Below are positions 42,591-55,043 of a stretch of DNA of 64,000 nucleotides, piece by piece. Each line of letters starts with the position of its first letter. The first letter of the stretch is position 1. Origin of the DNA: Chrysomallon squamiferum (Eukaryota; Animalia; Mollusca). The stretch lies in assembly GCA_012295275.1 (NCBI GenBank), contig CM022668.1:11346001-11410000 (forward strand), in the 5' to 3' direction. A program made the translations under genes and the position numbers. The notes below the pieces were generated by a model. The model worked only from the letters and a program-made list of their open reading frames with translations, made no database searches and was not told the DNA's origin.

Positions 42591-45500
42591 TTTTTTTTTT
42601 GTTATTATTCACCTTTTACTTCTTTAATGATTTTTTTCTTATTATTGTTTATTGGGAATCATAGTATTTTTCGTATAATTCTTTTCTACTTTAAATAGCC
42701 CAATATACAAATTCTCAATAACTATCCATGAAGAAAGATAACTTTTTATTAATCATTTCTATTTACTTTATGTACTCCGAAATATTTTCAGCAGTCGTAA
42801 AGCATATCAGAGACGAAAGGCTGAACAGATGGGTCCAAATTCCAATAAGGTTAATATGGTTTTCGACGATTAGTGAGAAAGACAGAAGCATATTAATTTA
42901 AATATTACGATTCGTACCATGTCGCCAGTGAAACATATTTCAACAACTGAAGATAGACGGGAATCCCTGCTGACCGCCTTCTAAATAAAATAATCTGTAG
43001 TTTTGTGGTGAACCTACCTAAAATACAGTCTTGGCGTTGATAACCAGGTGCACAACCACCGATGCATTTTCCGTACACGTTATCACACGGGGAGGTCGTG
43101 TTTAAACAGTGTCTTTTACTGCATGGCTTCGAGCAATTTGTCCCGTATATCCCTTTCAAACATTCTGTAGATGCAATCATGCAAGTTAAAGAAAATGTCA
43201 TACATTTTCAGTCAAAAACATTATAATAAATAGACATGTTGATTTCTTATGGCTTCGTTAAGACATTCGGAGAATTTGTGGGGTAATCAATGACTGAAGA
43301 AATTATATCCCGAAAAGATTACCCTTTCAACACTGTCATTTATGTTATCATATATTATGAAACTCTTACTGAAAGTCCTCGCACATTTGTCTTATGAGTA
43401 TTTGTTATTATATAAACAGTCAACCGTAGCGACACTAGTAAAGTGGTTCATGGTCGGGTCCCTCTATATACGAGGCCCTACGGAACAATTTCTGATTTTC
43501 GGAATCTTTCTCAACAGAAATAATAATGCTGTCTCCCCAACAGTTAAGAGATGCCTTGTTATCGGGAAACATTACCCATGAAGTTCATCGATCTCTAAGT
43601 GTTCCTAAATCATACGTCCTACGCCGAACAATGTTAAAATTTACAGTAATGCATAGCCCTGTTCTATTAGGGATACAGGAAACCTACCTTTCGAACAATC
43701 AATCAGTCTGTACCCAGCTGCACAACCAGTGACACATTCTCCTGTCACTTTATCACACGAAATACTTCTCTTCCTACAGTGTCTGTCGGAGCATTTCTTG
43801 GTACAATTTGTTCCATAATTCGTTTTCTCACATGCTACACAGAAAAAAAAAGTTTGAAAACAGGAGTCTGATTTGATTCTTTATATTAACACTTATTCAC
43901 TATTCTACGACTAGAAGTTTTATTCCATATTCAAAAACTCTAGCCGTTTTCTTTCTATCATATGCCGACTTACCATTAAATCCACTAATCCACAGAATAC
44001 GTGCTTTCAGTGTCTTATTGATCTTAACATAAAACATCGGACTACACCATCATCGGAAAACAGCACTTTCGCGAACTAACTTAATATGAACAAGTAGCAT
44101 GCAAAACAGACAGGTGAAGCATCCTTCAAGAAGAAAGCAATCGGCAGAAACCCTACAATCTTACCTTCTAATGCTAACATATTAACTTACGTATCGTACA
44201 ATCAACGGCTTTATAACCATCTTCACAACCACCAATACATTTTCCTTTCACTATATCACATGCAGAGTCTTTGTTTAAACAATGTCTTTCACTGCATTGC
44301 TTAGAGCAGGCTTTTCCATAGGTCTCCGTGCATGCTATGAATTCAAAAATAATCTTTAAATAAAATGTGATTTAGATGTCATTTTTAAACGATTTATTTG
44401 TATTGTCAAACCACTAATATGTACTGTCAACGACTCGTAATAACATTAACATTAATTCCGTGCCTGGGACACATTTCTCTTTTAATAACAATAAAAACAT
44501 TTTTAAAACTCTTTGCTGACAGGTCTGCTCTATTCTGTGTTATGAAATGCATAGAGATTAAAGAAGGTAGTGATGATAGGATCACACAAACAAAGACACT
44601 GCCTTAGATACAGCTGGTACTGAATTTGAAAAAGGGAAGGGACCAAAATAAATCTACAGGTGTCTTCAATTTATACAACTACAGAAAACTTACGTTTCGT
44701 ACAGTCAATTTCTACATAACCATCATCACAACCACCGACACACTCTCCCTTTACGTTGTCACACGGAGATGATGTGTTAAAACAGTGTCTTTTACTGCAT
44801 TGTTTAGAACAACCTTGACCATAGGTCGTCTTGGAACATACTGTTGATATAATAAACCTTTCAGAAAACTGGGACTCTTTTCTCTCTGCATTTCGAATAT
44901 TACACTATAAAATTAATCTCCAAAATAATTTTCAATTTTTTAATTAGATATAGATATCAATTTTTGATCTTTTATTATTATTATTATTATTATTACTATT
45001 ATTATTATTATTTGCATTTTGTTGTTTATTTATTTTATTTATTTTATTATTTATTCATTTATTTTACCTTTTTTTTCTTTACTGGTTTTTGCACATTGGT
45101 ATCATAGTATTTTTTCGTACCATTCTTTTTTTGTTTACATTATATAATTATATCCAATATATAATTTCTAAATAGCTAACTATTCATAAAGAATGATAAC
45201 TTTGTATTAAGAACTTGTATTTAGTTTACGTATCCCGAAATTATAATTCGTACAATGTTGCCAGTGCAACATATTTTAACAATTGAAGCGAAAGGGGAAC
45301 CCCTCCTGCACGTCTTCTATATACGGTAGTCAGCAGTTTTGTGGTGAACCTACCTAAAATACAATCTAGGCCTTGATAACCAGGTGCACAGCCACCGATG
45401 CATTTTCCATACACGTTATCACACGGAGACGACGTGTTTAAACAGTGTCTTTTACTGCATGGCTTAGAACAGTTTGTCCCGTATGTCCCTTTCGAACATT

Positions 45501-47401
45501 CTGCAGATGCAAGCATGAACATAAAGAAAATATGGTTTATTTTAAATAAATAAATAGTCGTGCTGAAAGAAATTATGTCACAAAAATGATTTTGCTCTTC
45601 CAACACTCTCATTTATGTATGAGTTTATTATGGACGTCGTGTTGAATCTGTTAGGATATGTTATGACATAAACAGTCGGACGCAGCGACACTAGTAAAGT
45701 GGTTGATCGTTAGGTCGATCTATATATAACAACCAACAGAGCTATTTCTCATTTTGGGTACTGCTAACAATGCCGTGGTATGAGCTAGTCCGCTGTGGCA
45801 CGTGCATTTATTTGAAAGAGTAGCGATTAAGTTTTTCGTTTTCTGAGTTGTTCCTAAATCATATGTTAGACACCACATAAAATGTATTGACAGCCTAACT
45901 AATGTACAACCGTCTTCTATTAGGACTAAAGGAAAAGTACCTGTCACACAATCAATCAGTCTGTATCCAGCTGCACAACCAGTGACACATTCTCCTGTCA
46001 CTTTATCACACGAAAAGCTTTTTTTCATAAAGTGTCTGTCAGAGCACTTCTTGGTACAATTTGTTCAATAATTTGTTTTCTCACATGCTAGAGAGAAAAT
46101 AAATGTTTGAACAAACGAGACTGCTTTGACGCTTTATATTAACAGGTATTCACTATTCTAAAACTAGAGATTTTATTTGGTATTCTTCAATTTCGACTTT
46201 GTTCATATTCTGAATGAACAAAACTTATTGTGATTTCTAATACTCGTAAACCTATTCTGTACTGAATAATTTCAAGCAACTGATGATTTACCATTAAACT
46301 GACTTAAGCACAGAGTGTATGCTCTCAGAGTAGTGGTCTTAAAACTATTAAATATTCGTTTTTAAATGTATAGGAAAGAACTAAATAAAAACCGAAAATA
46401 TTTCATTCTGTGTCGGGTAAGATCGCTGTTAATGTAAACGTTCGGACTATGTAAGTTTCAGAAAACAGCAGTATTTGAAGGGTTGCCAACACACAAATGT
46501 GAAGCATATTTTAGCGGGGGAAGCAATTTACAGATAACCTCACAACTGACACATTTTAATGGAACCATATTAACTTACGTATCGTACAATCAATGCCTTT
46601 ATAACCATCATCACAACCACCAATACATTTTCCTTTCACAATATCACATGTAGAGTCTTTGTTTAAACAATGCCTTTCATTGCATTGTTTAGAGCAAGCT
46701 TTTCCGTAGGTCTTGAAACATGCTACGAATTCAAGAATAATCTTTGAAAAATGTGTGATTTAATTTATTATTTTAAAATGATTTATTTGTATTGTCCACC
46801 TATTAAAGGTCAGGGACAAGTTTCATCTTTCTGATTTAAATAATATGAACATTTACAAGACTATTTTTGTTGGTAAGACTAATGTATTCTGTATTTATCA
46901 ATTGCTGAATCAGCATAAAAAGGATTACCAGAGAGTGGAAGATACACATATATATGTATACATAAAAACACACCCCTTAGATCCACATAGGACTCAAGTT
47001 CCGTAGATGAGGAAACGTCTTCTATTTATAAGACTATAGAGAACTTACGTTTCGTACAGTCAATTTCTAAATAACCATCATCACAATCGCCTATGCATTC
47101 TCCCTTCACATTATCGCACGGAGAGGATCGGTTTAAGCAGTGTCTTTTATTACACAGCTTAGAGCAAGCTTTTCCATATGTCGTATTAGAACATGCTGTG
47201 GTTATTATTTTAATATATAAAGAAAAAGAAAAGAAAAATGAAAAGAAAAGAAAAGGATTATTCAATAAGATGTATAATAAAGCAGGTAAATACAATCTAT
47301 TTTTTATCAGTTTACTTTTTTCTTTAAAAACATTTTAAAATTAAAAAATTAAAAATAAATAAATAAATATGATGATGATAATGATGATGATAATAATAAT
47401 G

Positions 47402-47450
<49 letters not shown>

Positions 47451-50400
47451 CTGAATGAATGGAAATAAATCATATTTTGATGTTAATCATTTCATCATTA
47501 CAGGTTTAGCATAATGTTTGAGACAGAAAGGATGAATTTAGATATTCAACGAAAAAGTTTTGGATCATCTTGTCAATCGTGATATCTTTTCAGGTTGCAG
47601 CTAGTTCTTCCAAATACGGCTGGTTTCTACTCTACTGGCACATGCTAATCGGGAAGAGGATTTGATGAAATTTCCTGTATCTTAATTATTCAAAACCTTG
47701 CGTTAAGGTACAGAAAAATAAAAATATAAAGAGTGCGCTGTTAGTGTACAGCCCTCTTCTGTTAGCAGGACTTTAGCAAACGTACCTTTCGTACAATCAA
47801 TAAGGTCTGTAGCTAACTGCACAACCAGTGACGCAATTTCCTGTCACTTTTTCTCTTTTCTTTTTACTTGTCTATGATAAATTTGTTCTTTGTTTTAAAT
47901 TATAAACCTCTTAAATAATCACCTCTTGCAAAACTGTATCTATATCTATCAACATTCTTAGATCTAATGGTCACTAAGCGTAATCAAGCAGGCAATAATC
48001 ATGTTATCGCTCTGAGAATCTCACCAACATATATATCGAAACACACACACAAGCACACAAGCATGCAAGCACGCAAAACGCAGAGACACACTTATAGAGA
48101 TCGAAACAAACGTTCTAAAAACAATCTGTAGCTATCAGCAATTAGTAAACTGCAGAGAATTCATATTTTGTACAGTCAGTTTCTAAATAACCAGCTTCAC
48201 AACCGCCGACGCATTCTCCCTTCACATTATCGCATGGTGAGGACTGTTTCAAACAGTGTCTTTTACTACATTGCTTAGAGCACGCTTTTCCATACGTTAT
48301 ATTAGAACACGCTGTAGTTATTATCAAAGAAAATAATAAAAATATTAGAATCTGATTAGTTGACTTGATTTCTCTTATTCAATTCTAATGACAAAGCACA
48401 ATTTATCTCAGTAAGAATGGAATTTCAATGGCGAAAACGATTTTCTCTTTGCTAACTCAACAACATATATTCCCAAAAAATAATAGGAACTTTTATTATT
48501 AAATAAAAAAACGTATGCTAAATATTTGTTCTATGGTTGATATAGATTTCCGTAACGTAACTAGGCATTTAGTAAGAAGCCATGTAACTTTCACACAATT
48601 TCTAAATAACCATCAGTACAACCACCGACACACTCTCCCTTTACGTTGTCACACGGAGATGATGTGTTAAAACAGTGTATTTTACTGCATTGATTCTGAA
48701 TACCTTTGACCATAGGTCGACTTGAAACATTCTGTTGATATAATAAATTTTAAAAGTAAAAATATGATTTATTTTTTAAATTACTTTAACCTCGACAATA
48801 ATGTTTTTGTTATATATGATTAATGATTTCTTCTTACTTTTACTTACTATGCATGACAGTATTTTTTCGAATCTTTCTTTTCTTCGCGTTGTCCAATATA
48901 CAGTTTCTGAATAACTATTCATCGAGAATAATAGCCTATGATTAATAATTTGTATTTATTTTATTTATACCATTATGTTTCTCTCCTAGAAGTACTAAAT
49001 ATCAATTGAGAAAGACTGATCAGAAAGATATCCATTAAAAAACTTGGCAGCTGTAAGCTTTTCCCATCAGGGATCAAATGATTTTTTATGGGGAGGGGCA
49101 AGACACAGGTGAACCCAGTTTATTTTAACAGTTATAATTTGTACAATATTGCCCATGCAACAAATTTAAACCATTGAAAAGAAAAGGGGTCCATCTTGAC
49201 TGCCTTCTATGTGTTAGTGACTCGTCATCTGGCACTTACCTAAAATGCAATCATGGCCATGATAACCAGGGTCACAATCACCGATGCATGTTCCATTCAC
49301 ATTGTCACAGGGAGAGGTTGTGTTTAAACAGTGTCTTTTCCTACATGGCTTGGAACAGTTTGTTCCGTATGTTCCTTTCAAACATTCTGTGGATACAAAC
49401 ATGCAATTTAATGGCAACTTAATCAACTATTTATATCAGATATATTTGAATAAACAGTCCTGCTGATTGGTTGTTATTTTATTTAAACCGTGTTCGGTGT
49501 TCTGAATATAATTATGTATTAATCAATGCCTTGAAATACTTTTTATACATATTTTATGAAGTAGCTGTTGATATGTTTACTATATATTTTTAATGAAAAC
49601 TTGTCATGGCACAATTACTGCTGTCTAGTAGTGCAACAGTGGGGACAAATTGTGAATATTTAATGAAAGGGACTGTTGGGCTATTACATCTCTGGGTCAT
49701 CCTGTGTCAAATTACTCAATGGGTTAAACACGACAATCTCAGATTCTTATGAAACTCAGTATACTTGTTGCCTGGGATCCCACAGCACCAAATCCGAGGC
49801 AAACTGAACCAGTGGTGTGGGAGATACGGCCCCCCAAATATTGAGATTTTCGTCCAAAATGGGCGTACCTGCCAACTTTTGAACCATCAGATCTCGGGAA
49901 CTACTGGGCCAATCTTCATACAATTGTTATTGTTGAAAAGGCAGTATGACAAGGATTGGGGTACATTGACCTTTTGACCTCTGTTATGCCGTTTAAACTG
50001 ACCTTGTTGATCACGTGACCTAGATGACCTTTCTTGAAATTTAATCTCACACATGTTAACTGAAACAGTTATGTTTTTTTGTTTAGCCTCAGTATAGATT
50101 TTAAAAATACATACCTGCACGAATGATAGACTTATCTGAGATCAAAAACTCATCTTTGGAGTCAAAATCCACCTGACATGTCTTTAGGAATGCCTGAAAG
50201 ATATGAAAAGATGCCAAATGGCTTGAGATGTTCTACACAATCAGGCCGAAAGGGTTAACAGGAAGTGTGGCTTCAGGCATGTCAGGTACTCCTTGAAATC
50301 CCTGGGGAAATCCCCATTGAACACATGGCAATTAGACGTTTAAGACATTTCGCTGACAAGCTGAAGCTTTCAACTTGGACACAATGTCAGATGTTGATAT

Positions 50401-53400
50401 GTCAATATTAAATTTTCTTCATAAAACCTATTGTCATTTTATCATGTCACAAGGCCTTGCCAACGGTTTCAATCAACTACAGTACAACCCAGTCTGAAAC
50501 CAGGCTTCATCCAGTGATGTACTGCATAATGTATTAGTACACACAGTCTTCGGCACAGAGCGTGAACAAGGTCTACTTTGACAATGATTAACTAATTTAT
50601 ACTTGAAAAGTTTGACCCAAATGCCCGAGGTTTGTGGGCCTTTGGCAGTGATACATGTACTCTCTGCCATTTTAGTTTTCTGACCTGCTTAACTTTACTG
50701 AAAGGGTTCTAGAGCTAGATTTAATATTTAGGAAAGCATTAACTTTGTCCTATTGAATTGAAGGTGCAGGTCAATACTGAAAATCCTTATTTTTTCCAGG
50801 GCTAACTCCAGTTTTTACTCTCCCGAGAATGTGTGTGATCAACATCACACCAGAACACATAGCAAGGCATGAGTTGGAACTACAAGACAGGTTTCAAGTG
50901 GCCAAAACGGTCAAGGGAACGCAGCAATTTCACCGGTTAGTTATGAGAAGCCTCCCATCGAAGAAACAAATTAATTGTTTGTTGTCAGTATGACAATGAG
51001 ACATGCGTTGGGTTAATTGAGGATATTTCAGAAGAGCATGGAGACTTCTTGATTCGCTTCATGCACCCTCACGGACCGTCTAAGTTATTTCACTGGCCAA
51101 TCGAAGAAGACACTTTTGCATTAGGGAAAGGGACATCTTCTGTGCCATTGATAAACCTTCTATTGCATCTTCTCGACGGATGTTCTCTCTGAGTAAAAAG
51201 GATGATGCTAGAATTGCAAGAGTATGGGGGAAGTGGGTGACCGAATGATTCTGTGACTGCTGAACTGGTGAGAAGGCAATGAGGGAAGTAGTTTGATATC
51301 ATATGTAGCATGTAGGCTACAATGCATTACTCGGTATTCAAGAGAGATGGTGATTCCCAGCATTAGAAATTGGTCATTCAGGTTTTACCTAATCAGATAT
51401 TAATGGCGGAAAAGGTGTTATTTTCATGGACATGCAATTTTACACCTTTGAAACTTTTATATGTTTTAGTTAACATGTGGGAGATTAAATTTCAAGAAAG
51501 GTCATCTCAAGGTCACGTGATCCACAAGGTCAATTTCAGTATCATAACAAAGGTCAAAAGGTCAGTGTACCCACATTGCCTTTTCAACAATAACAATTGT
51601 ATGAAGATAGGCCCAGTAGTTCCTGCGATATGAGGGTTCAAAGGTTGGTGGCCACGCCCCATTTGGCAGAAAATCTCAAAATTTGGGGGGACGTATCTCC
51701 CACCCAGTGGTCCGACTGGCATAGAAATTTGAATTTGTTGCTGACGGATCCCAATCAACAAGGATACAAATTGAATAAAAATCTGACACGGTCGAGATTG
51801 AAATGGCCATTTCTTTTAGGAGATATGACACAGAATGACACCTCTGTGGAATGACAGTAATTTCTCATACAAGATAGTGTTTCACCTCAGGCAAAACAAA
51901 GGCCTTGCACAGAAAAATAATCCCTTCCTGCTAATCAGAAAGGGTAAACTGAGTGTTCCTAAATCATGTCAGATGCAACAGAACATGTAAATAAACTATG
52001 CTAAGTGCGCCATTAGTATACATCACTTTTACTTTTATACAATCACAAGTACTGTCACATTTCCCTGTCACTTTATCATATACATTTATGCTATCATATA
52101 TTATGAAGTCTTGTTGAAAGTCTTCACTCATTTTTTTATGTAAATTTAATGACAAAACAGTCGACCATAGTGAAGTCGTTCATTGTCAGGTCAATCTATA
52201 TATGAAGCCCTAGAGAACAATTGCTTACCAACAGAAATAACAATGCTGTGGTATGCGCTATTGTGTCTGTGGCATCAGCAGTTAAAAGATGTCTTGTTAT
52301 CAGGAAACATCAGTGATGAAGATCATCGATCTCACATTTGTTTGATGAAAATTTGTTATCACACAAACAGTCGACCGTAACGACACTAGTAAAGTGGTTC
52401 ATTGTCAGGTCGATTTATGTATGAGGTCCATAGAGAACAATTTCTCATTTTGGGAATGTTTACCAACACAAATAACAATGGCGTGGTATGGGCTGTTCTG
52501 CTTGTGGCACCAACACTTCAAAGATGCCTTGTTATGACGAAACATCAGCGATGAAGTTCACCGATCTCTGATTGTTATTAAATCATACGTTAGACGCCAA
52601 ACAATAGTAACATTTACTGAAACCGTCAATAATGCATAGCTTTCTTCTATTAGCACTACGGGAAACCTACCTTCCGAACAGTCAATAAGTCTATATCCAG
52701 CTGCACAACCAGTGACACATTCTCCTGTCACTTTATCACACGAAATACTTTTCTTCGTACAGTGTCTATCACTGCATTTTTTAGTACAATTTGTTCCATA
52801 ATTTGTGTCATTGCAAGCTAGAAATAAAATATTTTTGATAAATGAATCTGATTTGATGTCTTATAGTAATAATACATATTCTATCTTCTTATTCCCTATT
52901 CTAAAGCTGAATCACCTACTCACTATTCTATAACAAGAGCTTTGTTCTGTATTCTGAAATGAAAGTTATTTCATAATCTCAAACAAAAAATGCTTATTCT
53001 ATTTTGTAAAAGATGAGGCATCATTCTCTAGTCTAGGATTATTCTTTATTCTATAGCTATATATTTTAAAACCACAGTTCCTACACTGCATTCCAAAACT
53101 AAAGAACATATTATCTATCATAAAACTAGAACTCTCACCTTAAAAGTATTTCATATCTGAACTACAAATACCTTCTCGGAACTACTGATTTACACTTAAA
53201 CCCTCTTAAACCTAATGTATGATATTGGTCAGAAAGTCATTAAAATAAAAATTTTTAAAATCATCATCAAATTTAATGAAAACCAAAAGTATTTCATTTC
53301 AGATACAATTATTTCTGACTATGAAATCTCTAGAAAACATACATTATGTGCCAGGCAATGTTGGATGCTTTTGTCTAGGCTGGAAACTGAAACATACATT

Positions 53401-55002
53401 TGCATACACTCTTACACCTACACATGGTGCATTCCTCCATAGGGAAGCAATTTACAGGTAACCCGTAACTTTCATTTATTACTAGGACCATAGAGAACTT
53501 ACGTATTGTACAATCAATTCCTTGATAACCATCTTTGCAACCACCAATACATTTTCCCTTCACTATATCACATACAGAGTCTTCATTTAAACAATGTCTT
53601 TCACTGCACTGCTTAGCGCAGGCTTTCCCATAGCTCTCGATGCATGCTGTTTATTTAAAAATAGATCTTAAGGAAAATCTGAGATAGTTATTACTTTTAA
53701 AAATTTTGCTTCATATTCTATAAAAGTAAGGTAAATTATGGCAAATTAATTCAATCTGTAAGAGTTTCATCTTTCTTATTTACACAACATAAATCTCTTA
53801 AATAGTTGCTTGTTGCAAAATGATCTGGCTTAAATTGAAAAGGCGGTAGTCATTTGATTGCTGCGAGAATTATCGACACACATAAGATATATAGATATAC
53901 AGATCTACATACAAACACACATATGTGTACAGATATACAACACAGATAGACATACAGACAGATAGACAGACATACACACATATATGTACATCATTAACCA
54001 TTCTGAAGATAATCCACAGCTGTCTATTATTAGTAAACTAAAGAACTCACGTTTTGTACAGTCAATGTCTAAAAAACCATCTTCACAACCACCAACACAT
54101 TCTCCCTTAACATTATCACAGGGGGAGGATTTATTTAAGCAGTGTCTTTTATTACAATACATAACACAGGCTTTTCCATACTTCGGGTTAGGACATGCTG
54201 TGGGTATCATTTTGAAAAATAAAATAAAACAATTATAAATACAGATAAAGGAATTTTGATCAACTGTTCTATGCCTAATTCTTTTCTACTGACAAATAAA
54301 CATTCCTTGTGATACGAATGTAATTTCAATGTACAAAACAATTTAGTCTTTGCAAACTGAGCATAAACTGTATTCGGAAGCTTTGGAGAAGTTTTCAAAG
54401 ATATCTTAATAGCCAATCTCATGCTGAAAATATTATAATTTCCACTGTCAGAATGTAGGATTACTGGAAACATCATTAAATAGATAATCATTATATGTTT
54501 CTATGACCTACATTCCTTTAACATAACAAGGCACACAGAAGAAGTGACATACCTTTTGTACAGTCAATTTCTAAATAACCATCAGAGCAACCACCGACAC
54601 ACTCTCCTGTTTGATAGTCACACAGCGATGATTGGTTTAAACAGTGTCTTTCACTGCACAACTTACTACAGTTATGTCCATATGTCGTCTTGGAACATGC
54701 TAATGACATAATACATTTTAGAAAAACAAATCTGAGTTCTTTCTTTTTTTTTTCTCTCCTATCATTCAATACTTCAAATGGCATAGAATTAATCATAAGA
54801 TCTACATTAATTTTTTTTATCTGCTAATTCTCAAATTCTTCTTCATATTTTTATTTATCATGTATATTAATGGATTTTTTTTTGCTGTAGCTGTGGTGTT
54901 ATTATCATTGTTTTGTTTTTTCTTCTTAATAAATTGTCCATTACATAGTTTCAGAAAATGTTTTGTCTGGAATGTTCATTTTTTGTTTTTGTGTGTGTGT
55001 GT

Positions 55003-55043
<41 letters not shown>

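Larger units (their letters stand above)
27400..44900. repeat. Higher-order tandem array I: ~6 units of ~3.0 kb, transcript order B-C-D-E-A
   Basis: A exons at 27983, 30996, 34001, 37006, 40023, 43018 (periods 3013, 3005, 3005, 3017, 2995). Confidence 0.93.

Noticed and set aside
13380-44607. Recurrent plus-strand ORFs (MVVVLLCIE..., MLSPQQLRD..., MLSYIMKLL..., MYCQ...)
   Set aside because: Intronic or antisense frames that recur only because the DNA is duplicated; broken in older copies
10600-44900. CRISPR-like or satellite interpretation of the regular repeats
   Set aside because: Units are kilobase exon-intron blocks with AG/GT boundaries, not short repeats with unique spacers; no cas genes
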